Positions 19,464 to 31,135 of a DNA stretch of 64,000 nt are shown in pieces (within the stretch, counting starts at the first letter, position 1; every line of letters begins with the position of its first letter). Location of the stretch: positions 186,001 through 250,000 of the forward strand of contig NIVC01000927.1 in NCBI GenBank assembly GCA_002269645.1. The letters are read 5' to 3'. The notes beneath the pieces are model-generated. The model had not been told where the DNA came from. It worked only from the letters and a program-made list of their open reading frames with translations, and did not search any database. This DNA comes from Macrostomum lignano (lineage: Eukaryota). Made by a program: the position numbers and the translations under genes.

Positions 19464-20836
19464 ATGGGCCTCTTCGGCGAGAAACCCAAAGACCCGAAGG
19501 AGCAGGTTCGCGAGATGAAGTCTAAGCTTCGTAAAGAGGGCTACAGACTCGACCGAGACATTAATGCTATACAACGCAAGCAGAAAACTGCCGAGGCGGA
19601 AATTAAAAAGTATTGCAAATCTGGCAATAAATCAGCCGCCATGGTGGTTGCCAAGGAGGTGCTGCAGACGCGCAAAGCTGTTGGCCGATTGTACGCCGCC
19701 AAGGCCCAGATGAACTCCGTGATGATGGAGATGGACCACCAGCTGGCTGTCACCCGGATGGCCGGAGCTATGCAAAAGAGTACCGAGGTGTGTGATGCGT
19801 GCTAGCACTATCGATGAACATTTGAGTGCCCGACTGTCTTCATCGCACCTTATGTTTCTAGACATGAGTAGGCTGAGTGCAGTTTTTTATTTACATACAG
19901 TAGCTGGGGCGAGTCATTGAAGCTAATGGGCTAATATGTACGAGCGGCTCAATGAAACAAAACCTATAAACCATTGACTTGATTAACTAATGACTAAACA
20001 AGTTTGTCACCTGTAGAGATTTGAGCCTTAACCACACAGTGTTCATGTGACAGTTCTTTCATGATGTAAGACAACAATCTTACATCATTCATGTCGTGTA
20101 TCCCAAGGTTGGGAGTTTTGGCCATAGACTAACCATGCACAGAGTGAAGGAGCAAGCAACACAAGCCATGGACTCACCAACTGGAAGTTAAAATGTATCT
20201 TCGATTCTGTGGCTAATCGAGTAAATTGTTTACACGTTTTATTACATATTGGCCCATTTTTGTGTAAATTTTTTAACCTGATAAACAGATGCACAGATTT
20301 GAAGGGTCTCGCTAGAAAGCCTTACAGTGGTATAAAAATAGGCAGTTTGGCAAAGAGCAGCAGGCACTCTAATCTCTGGTTCCAGATGCCTGGGCTCCAT
20401 CTACACGCAGATCAATCGCCAACAACTCTATTGCTCTTTTTATGTCATTTAGTTATAAATCGCTTTTACTATCGCCAATCAACAGGTGATGCATGCCATG
20501 CAGAAGCTGGTCAAGGTGCCGGAGATCCAGCAGACTATGATGGAGATGAGCCGCGAGATGACCAAAATGGGCATCATGGACGAAATGATGGAGGACGCTA
20601 TGAGCGACGTGCTTGGCGACGACGATCAATTGGAAGCTGACGCCGACAAGGAGGTTGACAAGGTCCTATTTGACTTGACTAACGGCGTGATGGGCACCGC
20701 GCCAGACGCTGTCCAGGATCGTCTGCCAGACGCCGCCGCCGATGCGGCCGCGGCCGGAGCCACCGGAGGCGCCGAGCCAGAAGAGGAGGAGGACATGGAC
20801 GCTATGCGGGATCGGCTAGCCGCGCTTCGATCCTAA
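19464..20836 (+). CDS. CHMP3: charged multivesicular body protein 3 (ESCRT-III Vps24), 2 exons, 224 aa
   Basis: join(19464..19787,20486..20836), phase 0 GT-AG. Reads MGLFGEKPKDPKEQVREM, LYAAKAQMNSVMM, AGAMQKSTEVMHAMQKLVKVPEIQQTMMEMSREMTKMGI, C-terminal MDAMRDRLAALRS. Confidence 0.96.
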
Positions 20837-20979
20837 TCAGTTGCTGAACGAATCTACTCCCTGCTTTGTTTGGGTATTGACTGCTCAGAGGCTTATAGAG
20901 GAGTAGATATTTGCTTATTGCTGGTTTATATAGCTGGATTTTTTATTTATCAAAAACTTTTTTTCCTGAACGGACTGGA

Positions 20980-21500
20980 TGTAAATGAAACTTTCACCAG
21001 AAATAACTGAAATCGATGGGACTCTCACCGGAAATACCGGAAGTACTCGTAGATAAAACTTCCACCGGAAATACCAGACTTGGATAGAACTCTCACCGGA
21101 AGTAGATAAAACTCTCACCGGAAATACCCGAAGTAGATAACTCTCACTGGAAATACCCGAAGTAGATAAAACTCTCACCGGAAATACCCGAAGTAGATAA
21201 CTCTCACTGGAAATACCCGAAGTAGATAAAACTCTCACCGGAAATACCCGGAGTAGACAAAACTCTCACCGGAAATTCCGGAAGTAGATAAAACTCTCAC
21301 CGGAAAATACCGGATGTAGATAAAACTCTCACCGGAAATTCCGGAAGTAGATAAAACTCTCACCGGAAAATACCGGATGTAGATAAAACTCTCACCGGAA
21401 ATTCCGGAAGTAGATAAAACTCACCGGAAAATACCGGATGTAGATAAAACTCTCACCGGAAATTCCGGAAGTAGATAAAACTCTCACCGGAAAATACCGA
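20980..21500. repeat. about 30-bp minisatellite (AAACTCTCACCGGAAATTCCGGAAGTAGAT)
   Basis: Tandem units with alternating variants, degenerating to about 21620. Confidence 0.9.
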
Positions 21501-23019
21501 ATAACCCTAGTTAGAAGTAACTAAACTAGAGACGGAACTCCCACTAGAAGAACCGGAAGTAGATGGAGCTTTCCCCGGAAGAGTCGAAAACGCAGAGAAA
21601 GTACCGGAAACAGATGTAACTCCCATTCTAGCACTGTTCCTCACTGCAGATTCCAGCCTATGTTCTACAATGAAGAGCTAATACGGGTCGGAGTCGTTCT
21701 CCCTCAGTTTTTTATTCAGTTACATTTTTGAGCTTCAGTCCTGCTTAGAGATGTGCAGGTGTTGAGAAATATTGCTATGTATATTTTATACCTGAATGAC
21801 TACTCCGTGTTTCATCAACAGCCGTATAGCCTCTGCCACACTAATTGAAAGTTTTCTGTACGTTTATTCCATCAATTATAACAAACACTATTTGCTACTG
21901 CAAGTAGCAATCACAGATTCTAAATTGAAATAACTAAATGGGCCACTCAGGCATGTATACTTAGTAAAACAGCTTTCTACTTTCAGTTCAGTAGCAAAGA
22001 AGAATACATAAGCTTTTTTATAAAAAATAGAGGCAGCTAAAATGACTGATAAGTTTAGAATCTCAAACAAAAGCTTGCAGGCGAAAACAGCTTGCTAATT
22101 GGTTCAGCAGTAATGTACATTAGCCAGTCCACTGAAATGTACATGGCAGCTTTAGGCTGGAATTCCGAGAAAGGCAATAAAAATTGGGCGGGGCGGGGGG
22201 TAGATTGGAAAGGCGCGGTTGGGGGGTTTTAGCTAGGGGGGGGTAAGAGCCAATAAATGAGCCTTGGCTTTAAAAATACATTAAAATGCTTCTGTTTAGC
22301 TTACTACTGAACTGAAAGTAGCTTACACGCAAATGTGCTAAGTGGCCCATCTAGTTATTCTAGTATCTGTGGTAACAATATAACATTGTAATGTGCAGTT
22401 TTTACAATCAGTTTGAACATTAAAAAAATCCGCTCTTCTGTACATTTTGTTTAATTTTTCAATTCGTTGACGTTAGAATCAAGCTCTTCATTTACTGTTC
22501 ATTATCTTAATTTGTTGACAAGCCTCTTTAATTGCTCTTAATAGCCTATGTTTATTTGTGGTTTTAATAACTATTTTCCTTCTTGATAAACGGGTAACGG
22601 TCATCTGTTACTGAAAGAGAGGGAGCCCTGTAAATACAAAACTTTCTTAAGAAATATAGTTCATAAGTATTTTTAACTGTGATATATGCTATTCTTCAAG
22701 TACTGTACAGAAAAATGAAACTTCTGTGGCTCTGTGCTGCAGCAACCAACAAACTGTTTACTTTAAAGAATACAAATATATATCATTCAATTTATAATAA
22801 AAAACATTTATTTTCACATTACTGCTGATGCATTATGATGGCATGTAGCAATAATGCAATCGATTGTGTGATTGGTCTTTGAAAAATGAATTATTTTATT
22901 AAATTGTACATTTTTGAGTACTGTGGAATGTTTATCAATTAGATTGTCGGTAAACCACTGCAAGATGTTTCTTTGGCAAGGCAAGAATTTAATTGTTACA
23001 GATCATTTTCACCCTCACC

Positions 23020-24032
23020 TCAATGTACTTAGCTCTAAGCCAACCCCAATGCACTCACTCCAGCTGTAACCCAATCCCAATGTACTCACTCCAGCTGTAA
23101 CCCAACCCCAATGTACTCACTCCAGCTGTAACCCAACCCCAATGCACTCACTCCAGCTCTAACCCAACCCCAATGCACTCACTCCAGCTCTAACCCAACC
23201 CCAATGCACTCACTCCAGCTCTAACCCAACCCAATGCACTCACTCCAGCTGTAACCCAACCCCAATGCACTCACTCCAGCTGTAACCCAACCCCAATGCA
23301 CTCACTCCAGCTCTAACCCAACCCCAATGCACTCACTCCAGCTCTAACCCAACCCCAATGCACTCACTCCAGCTGTAACCCAACCCCAATGCACTCACTC
23401 CAGCTGTAACCCAATCCCAATGTACTCACTCCAGCTGTAACCCAACCCCAATGCACTCACTCCAGCTGTAACCCAATCCCAATGTACTCACTCCAGCTGT
23501 AACCCAACCCCAATGCACTCACTCCAGCTCTAACCCAACCCCAATGCACTCACTCCAGCTCTAACCCAACCCCAATGCACTCACTCCAGCTGTAACCCAA
23601 CCCCAATGCACTCACTCCAGCTCTAACCCAACCCCAATGCACTCACTCCAGCTCTAACCCAACCCCAATGCACTCACTCCAGCTCTAACCCAACCCCAAT
23701 GCACTCACTCCAGCTGTAACCCAACCCCAATGCACTCACTCCAGCTCTAACCCAACCCCAATGCACTCACTCCAGCTCTAACCCAACCCCAATGCACTCA
23801 CTCCAGCTCTAACCCAACCCCAATGCACTCACTCCAGCTGTAACCCAACCCCAATGCACTCACTCCAGCTCTAACCCAACCCCAAATGTACTCACTCCAG
23901 CTCTAACCCAAACTCAAATGTACTCACTCCAGCTCTAACCCAACCCCAAATGTAATCACTCCAGCTCTAACCCAAACTCAAATGTACTCACTCCAGCTCT
24001 AACCCAAACTCAAATGTACTCACTCCAGCTCT
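23020..24032. repeat. 31-bp minisatellite (AACCCAACCCCAATGCACTCACTCCAGCTCT)
   Basis: About 32 units. Confidence 0.96.
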
Positions 24033-24212
24033 TACACATATAGCTATAAATTTAAATTTTAATAGTAGTGTCCTCTAGCTGCTAAAAATATTGCTTATTT
24101 TTTCATTTTTAAAATATAAAAATCTTTCAACTTGTGTTCCGATACTACTCAAAACCGCAGTAGTAATATTTGCGCGCGTTTATTTTGTTTCTTTTAACTA
24201 TTCAACTATTGC

Positions 24213-27200
24213 ATGGCTAGCAAAGACGCTCAGCAACAGCAGCTGTGCTATTTTTATCAGCGTGGCAACTGTCGCCATGGCAACCAGTGCCGATTCTTGC
24301 ACGCTCGTCCCCCGGCACCGCTTGCAGCAGCAGCAGAATCATCAGTGGAAGGAGGTCCCGCCGTTGCCCGGGTAACCATCAGCACAGTCTGCTGGTATTT
24401 GAAACGCGACGGAGTCTGTCCCCATGGCGACCGGTGCCGGTTCAGCCACGACCTGAGCAGCGCCGTCAGGCAGGACAGCTCGAAGAGTTCTGCCAAGGCG
24501 CAGACGCTCCAAGCGTGCGTGTTCTACCAGCGCGGCAGTTGCAAGCGCGGCCAGAACTGCTGGTATCGGCATATTGATCCGGCGGGCGCCGCCCCATTGG
24601 CTCAGGTGAGCAGCTTTATCTTCTACTCGGCAGATAAACTGCTAGCTCGAAATTGCACGCATTCGAAAACGAGTAAAATTTACAGCTCGTAAGCTTGAAA
24701 CTTCACAATGGGAATACCGTTACTTTACAAACGTTTAATTATGAAACTTAATTAGCTCGAATCTTCATCAGCTCAAAACTCCATTAGCTCAAAACTCCAT
24801 TAGCTCAAAACTCCATTAGCTCAAAACTCCATTAGCTCAAAACTCCATTAGCTCAAAACTCTATTAGCTCAAAACTCCATTAGCTCAAACCTTCATTAGC
24901 TCAAAATTCCATTAGCTCAAACCTTCATCAGCTCAAAATTCCATTAGCTCAAACCTTCATTAGCTCAAAACTCCATTAGCTCAAAACTCCATTAGGTCAA
25001 AACTCCATTAGCTCAAACCTTCATTAGCTCAAAACTCCATTAGCTCAAAACTCCATTAGCTCAAAACTCCATTAGCTCAAAACTCCATTAGCTCAAAACT
25101 CTATTAGCTCAAAACTCTATTAGCTCAAAACTCCATTAGCTCAAAACTCCATTAGCTCAAAACTCCATTAGCTCAAAACTCCATTAGCTCAAAACTCCAT
25201 TAGGTCAAAACTCCATTAGCTCAAAACTCTATTAGCTCAAAACTCCATTAGCTCAAAACTCCATTAGGTCAAAACTCTATTAGCTCAAAACTCCATTAGC
25301 TCAAAACTCCATTAGCTCAAAACTCCATTAGCTCAAAACTCCATTAGGTCAAAACTCCATTAGCTCAAAACTCCATTAGCTCAAAACTCCATTAGCTCAA
25401 AACTCTATTAGCTCAAAACTCCATTAGCTCAAAACTCCATTAGCTCAAAACTCCATTAGGTCAAAACTCCATTAGCTCAAAACTCTATTAGCTCAAAACT
25501 CCATTAGCTCAAACCTTCATTAGCTCAAAACTTCATTAGCTCAAAACTCCATCAGCTCAAACCTTCATTAGCTCAAACCTTCATTAGCTCAAACCTCCAT
25601 TAGCTCGAAACTCCATTGCTCAAAACTGCATTAGCTCTAAACTCCAGTGGCTCAAAACTCCATTAGATGCTGAATTAACTGCCAGTCTCCGCCCCTTAAA
25701 ACTAAATTGCCTGTAAAAATGGAGTTCAAAATGGTGGTACACCTGTTGCTCTTTTCAGTCAAAAACCGATGCTGCTGCTGCTTCTGCAGAAGAAGAAAAA
25801 GAAGAGCCGACCGATAAAGCCAGCTCAGCAGCCGTTAAAGAAAGCGGCAGCGGATTTGTGATTAGCCGACCTGCTCAGACTCGTCAGTCGCCAGCTGCTG
25901 CATCAGCAATTCCGTCCATGGCAACTAAGAAGTCGCTGTCAGGCCTGACCGAAGCTTCCGCTGCCGAACTCCGTCAGGCTGAGATGGCCACTCTGATTCG
26001 ACGCGTGCCCAAAAGCGAACTGCTGACGCGAACGTTTGACAATGGCGAACAGGTGTTCGAGTTCGATTTCCAGTCTAGCGATCCGGATTGGCCGTACGAT
26101 GTGAAATCTCTGCCCCTTGCTGTGGCCTTTCCCATTGGCTTTCCTAAGGAGGTAACTGCGTTCTGATGTTAATTCGGATTGTTGCAATGTGTTTTAGCGC
26201 TGGGTTCCATCAGGTGTTCTAGCGCTGGGTTCCATCAGGTGTTCTAGCGCTGGGTTCCATCAGGTGTTCTAGCGCTGGGTTCCATCAGGTGTTCTAGCGC
26301 TGGGTTCCATCAGGTGTTTTAGCGCTGGGTTCCATCAGGTGTTTTAGCGCTGGGTTCCATCAGGTGTTTTAGCGCTGGGTTCCATCAGGTGTTTTAGCGC
26401 TGGGTTCCATCAGGTGTTTTAGCGCTGGGTTTCATCAGGTGTTTTAGCGCTGGGTTCCATCAGGTGTTTTAGCGCTGGGTTCCATCAGGTGTTCTAGCGC
26501 TGGGTTTCATCAGGTGTTTTAGCGCTGGGTTCCATCAGGTGTTCCAGTGCTTGGTTCCATCAGGTGTTCCAGTGCTTGGTTCCATCAGGTGTTCCAGTGC
26601 TTGGTTCCATCAGGTGTTCCAGTGTGCATCGTCCCGTATGTGTAATTCTAGCTTTTTTCACTTGAAATAATGTTCATTATGCACTTTTAACCCGGACGGC
26701 AGGCAATGCAGGTGACGGTGCGCGAGTCCCCACAGCTGCCCAGACGCCTGCTGAAAACTTGCCAGTCCGGCATCAACAAATGGCTGTCGGAGAGACAGAC
26801 GAACTGCTTGAAGAACGACTGCGCCTGTCCAGTGTTTCGCCAGTTCCTGCGCTGGCTGGACCGGGGCCTCGAGGATCTGTTCACCACAGGGCTTCAGCTG
26901 GTGCGTCTATCACCCGATGCGGTAGTCTGTCACTCCTAATCACCCGATGCGGCAGTCTGTCACTCTCAATCACCCGATGCGGCAGACTGTCACTCCCAAT
27001 CACCAGATGCGGCAGACTGTCACTCCCAATCACCCGATGCGGTAGTCTGTCACTCCTAATCACCCGATGCGGCAGACTGTCACTCCCAATCACCGAATGC
27101 TGCAGTCTGTCACTCCCAATCACCAGCTGCGGCAGACTGTCACTCCCAATCACCCGATGCTGCAGTCCGTCACTTCCAATCACCCGATGCGGCAGTCTGT

Positions 27201-29779
27201 CACTCTCAATCACCCGATGCTGCAGTCGGTCACTCCCAATCACCCGATGCGGCAGTCTGTCACTCTCAATCACCCGATGCTGCAGTCGGTCACTCCCAAT
27301 CACCCGATGCGGCAGTCTGTCACTCTCAATCACCCGATGCTGCAGTCGGTCACTCCCAATCACCCGATGCGGCAGTCTGTCACTCTCAATCACCCGATGC
27401 TGCAGTCGGTCACTCCCAATCACCCGATGCGGCAGTCTGTCACTCTCAATCACCCGATGCTGCAGTCGGTCACTCCCAATCACCCGATGCGGCAGTCTGT
27501 CACTCTCAATCACCCGATGCTGCAGTCGGTCACTCCCAATCACCCGATGCGGCAGACTGTCCCTCCTGCCTATCGATATCCCAAAGGCGTACTCCGCCCC
27601 ACCCCCGCAGTACAAGCGCGAGCTGGAAGCGGCGCAAGCGGGCATCTCAATCTACACTCCCGAGCAGCTGAGGGAAAAATTTGCCCAGGCAGCAGCGGCA
27701 ACCGCAGAATCAAAGGACTCCGCAGACGTAAGAGAAGACGAAACAGAAGAGGCTGATGACAACAATGATGAAGACGACAGTGACGAAGATTCCAGCGATG
27801 AGAACGAAGAAGGCGACTCTGTGCAGCGACCGTCGCAGCAGCAGCTTCGCGATCCTGTCCGCCGCGGCACCGAGATCGCACTGCGCCGTCTGGAACTGCG
27901 CGACAGCGTCGCCTCCTTGACTGTCCGTCGGCTGGTCGTTGAGCTTCGCTGTCTCCGCTGTCGCCGGAAGCTGGCGGCCAACCTTAGCGCCGATTCCAAA
28001 GCCGGCTACGTGTCGATGGCCTGTGCTCAGTGCGGCTCCGCCCTGCGCGCCGGCTTCCGGCCCAGCCTGCTGCACTCGTTCAGCGGCAACCCGGCCGTTG
28101 TTGGCTTCTTAGACTTGACCGGCTGCTCGGCCGAGGATGCCCTGCTGTCCGCCGGCGACTGCGAATTCGTCACTGTCTGTCTGGGCTGCCAGCTGCCGCA
28201 CACGCACCACGGACAGCTGGCCGGTAACGGTGGACAGCCGATGCGCCACTGCTGCCTCCGCTGCCATGCCTGGGGCGGCTTCGTGGCCGAGGGCGTCCGA
28301 TTGACCGTGCTCAGCGCGCCGGATGTGGCCGATGGGAAAGTGAATCGGGGACCGTTAGGACTTATGATTTGATTATGGTTTTTATGATCCCTTTTGGTTT
28401 GGGATTTCCGTTGGCTAGGGATTCCCGTTGGTTACGGATTTCCGTTGGTTTGGGATTCCCGTTAGTTACGGATTTCCGTTAGTTTGGGATTCCCGTTGAT
28501 TTGGGATTCCCGTTAGTTTGGGATTACCGTTAGTTTGGGATTACCGTTAGTTTGGGATTACCGTTAGTTTGGGATTCCCGTTCGTTTGGGATTCCTTTGG
28601 TTTGGGTTTCCCGTTGGTTTAGCATTCCTGTTGGTTTGGGATTCCCGTTGGTTTAGCATTCCTGTTGGTTTGGGATTCCTGTTGGTTACGGATTCCCGTT
28701 AGTTTTGGATTACCATTGTTTTGGGATTCCCGTTTGAGATTACCGTTGGTTTGGGATTTCCGTTGGTTTGGAATTTTTTTTAGACATTGTTTTACTTGGG
28801 GTTGCAGTTTCCTTTAATTTTTCGATTCTCCTTGTGTATGGGATTCCCTTAGGGCTTGCGATTCCTTTGTGTATGAGATTTCCTGCGAGTTTGAGATTCC
28901 CTTTGACTTTTGAGTCCCTTGGATTCCTTGGGATATTAAAAGATTTTTTATTACTTTGGTTTGAGAATTCTACGAGTATTAAAGTTGGGATTTTTTATTG
29001 GTTGAGTATTCGCAATCTTCTTTTGCAATGAATTATTGAACAGTTTAATTTTCATATTCAGAATAAATACTGTAACGTATTTAGCGTACAATGAATCCAA
29101 TTAAATATAATTAAGTGACTCAGATCAAGCATGGAAAATAGGGAATATAATTATAATGTACCAAGTTGCCTAAATATCAGTTGCGCTCTCGTCACTTTGA
29201 AACACTGGAACGGTTGAATCACAGATTTATATTTTTAGAGTTGTTAATTCCTACAAAAATATTTAGTCATATAGACTAGCCATTTTGCCCCCTTTTGGGC
29301 AACTCAATAGTATTTTCATTGGGATTCCACAAATAATTTCTACCATATATTTTGTTCAGTCAAGCGGAGCAGCCAAGCAACAGCAGAAGAAGCCGAAGAA
29401 GCCAATAGAGCCGGACATCCGGCCCGGCCAGCCGTTGCCTAGCAACGGCACCTGCCGTCACTACAAGCGCAGCTATCGCTGGCTTCGCTTCCCCTGCTGC
29501 GGCCGGGCATTCCCATGCGACATTTGTCACGATGAGGCCGCGCCAGGCGATCACGAGATGGCGTGGGCGGTCAGGATGCTGTGCGGCTACTGCGCCAAGG
29601 AGCAGCCGGTCAGCGACAAGTGCTCCAGCTGCGGCGCCGGCATGTCGCGGGCGCGCACCTCGCACTGGGAGGGCGGCCGCGGCTGTCGCGACGTTAAACG
29701 AATGTCGCGCAACGAGAAGAAGAAGTACGCAAATCTGAATAAAACTGTTAGCAGGCGGGCAGCCGCTGCTGGCAAATGA
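24213..29779 (+). CDS. uncharacterised 3xCCCH + RWD-like + Cys-rich + CHY zinc-finger protein, 5 exons, about 710 aa
   Basis: join(24213..24605,25759..26151,26703..26900,27611..28339,29360..29779), all phase 0 GT-AG. Three CCCH fingers, SSDPDWPYDV..FPIGFP segment, acidic tract, four CxxC pairs, CHY finger CRHYKRSYRWLRFPCCGRAFPCDICHD. The exon 4 acceptor could alternatively be about 21 nt upstream. Confidence 0.88.
24755..25665. repeat. 16-bp minisatellite (CCATTAGCTCAAAACT) in intron 1 of the CCCH/CHY gene
   Basis: More than 50 tandem units. Confidence 0.96.
26193..26622. repeat. 25-bp minisatellite (TAGCGCTGGGTTCCATCAGGTGTTY) in intron 2
   Basis: About 17 units. Confidence 0.95.
26909..27560. 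repeat. 30-bp minisatellite (CACCCGATGCGGCAGTCTGTCACTCTCAAT; A/B dimer) in intron 3
   Basis: About 22 units, alternating variants give a 60-bp period in the 3' half. Confidence 0.96.
28395..28770. repeat. degenerate about 19-bp minisatellite (GTTGGTTTGGGATTCCC-like) in intron 4
   Basis: Tandem GGGATT(C/A)CCGTT motifs. Confidence 0.85.
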
Positions 29780-30808
29780 TAGACTATAAGCTACTGTTAG
29801 TAATATGTAGTCGACGACATTGAAGTGTAGCTGTACATGAATTTAGAAAATACATAAAAATGTATTGCCTAAACATTTATGACACTGCCATAATTACTCA
29901 AATCTTTTGAATGTCAGATTTGTCTTTTGTGTTTTCAAAGTACAATTATATTTAGTCATATGGACTAGCCATTGTGCCCCCTTCGGGGAACTCTATAATA
30001 ACTATATAGTACTCCGATATGCAAAAATACGGTACGGTTACGGAAAAAAATAATTAAGCTTCTTTTGAATTTGTCGCTGAGAATGTATTTTCATATCATA
30101 TTTTCAGATACAGTCAAATATCTTATGTTGAATTATTGATAGGCGGTATCTGGACTGCTCTCATTACGATTAAATTAATCTGTCAAAATGGTCGCAACAT
30201 GCATAGAAACTACCACTGCATAGACTCATGGATAGTCATTAAAAGCATGTCTGCGCCCTTGTTATTAGATGTCTAGATGGTGGCGTTAGAATCTGAGTCT
30301 TTAATGTGTTTAAGAGTTCAATGTCAATGCACGCTGCCAGTTCAAGAAGGGTTCACTGATCTTTGACGCTGCCTGTCTTAAAAATCAATTGAATATGCCA
30401 AAATGATCCCAATTTTCTGCTCAATTTAGCATAAAATATTCAAATATATACTTATTTTGTTTATTTTCTCTTGTTTGCAAATAGTTGACTCTTTCAATTA
30501 TGCCTTGTAAAGTTAAATTCGATACATATCGGCTAAAATTGATGCGTAAAATTCACATCAGCCAAGCTGAGCACGCAGACGGACACACGGAATACTGCGC
30601 AGGCACGCGCTCACAGGTTGTACATGTATGTCTTCAGTGGTCCCTGGATGGTGGGATTAGCGATAATGCCACAAGTTCACAAATGCCAAGTTTATTGTGT
30701 GACCGCGTGCGGAATCGAACCCGCGGCATTTTAGTTTGAGAACAGACTTGGTACCGCTCCGCTTCGTTTCCAACAATCACTTCTACGAGTATATAATTGT
30801 TAATATAA

Positions 30809-31069
30809 GGGGTTCTAGCGTAGTGGTTAGAGCGTCGGACTTGCGACTGAAAGGTCGGGGGTTTGATTCTCGACCCAATCGAAACAATTTGTGTCCTTGA
30901 GCAAGACACTTAACTCCATCTTTCAAATGGGTACCAGCATTTAGTTGAGGTGTGTGGCAACCCCCCCTCCCCCAGTCCTTGGACTGAACAGCCGTACGCA
31001 GCCTTAAGATGCGCCACGCAAGGCGCAATAGCTGCGGCTGAGCTGTCGGTTGCACACCTGCCCATTGGG
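30809..31069 (+). mobile_element. tRNA-derived CORE-type SINE, copy 1 (3'-truncated)
   Basis: tRNA-like head with A/B boxes, TGTGTCCTTGAGCAAGACACTTAACTC core, family body shared with four other copies in the window. Confidence 0.88.
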
Positions 31070-31135
31070 TCGAGAATCGAAGCCCCCCCGACCTTTCAGT
31101 CGCGAGTCCGACGCTCTAACCACTAGGCTACAACC
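31064..31135 (-). mobile_element. inverted SINE head fused to copy 1
   Basis: Reverse complement reads GGTTGTAGCCTAGTGGTTAGAGCGTCGGACTCGCGACTGAAAGGTCGGGGGGGCTTCGATTCTCGACCCAAT. Confidence 0.88.

Noticed and set aside
23020-24032. Telomere-like TAACCC motif
   Set aside because: Only one hexamer per 31-bp unit; not a (TTAGGG)n tract.
26759-27610. 537-aa ORF suggesting the 30-bp repeat is coding
   Set aside because: Upstream exon 3 is in a different frame and has a donor at 26901; intron retention hits a stop at 26937-26939, whereas splicing to 27611 gives a coherent LEDLFTTGLQL-YKRELEAAQAG junction.
30600-30790. Possible second tRNA-derived SINE or tRNA pseudogene on the minus strand (GGTTCGATTCC B-box)
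   Set aside because: No convincing A-box or cloverleaf and no second copy in the window; left unannotated.
30809-30880. SINE heads as functional tRNA genes
   Set aside because: Imperfect cloverleaves, variable anticodon region among copies, and continuity with a shared non-tRNA body.
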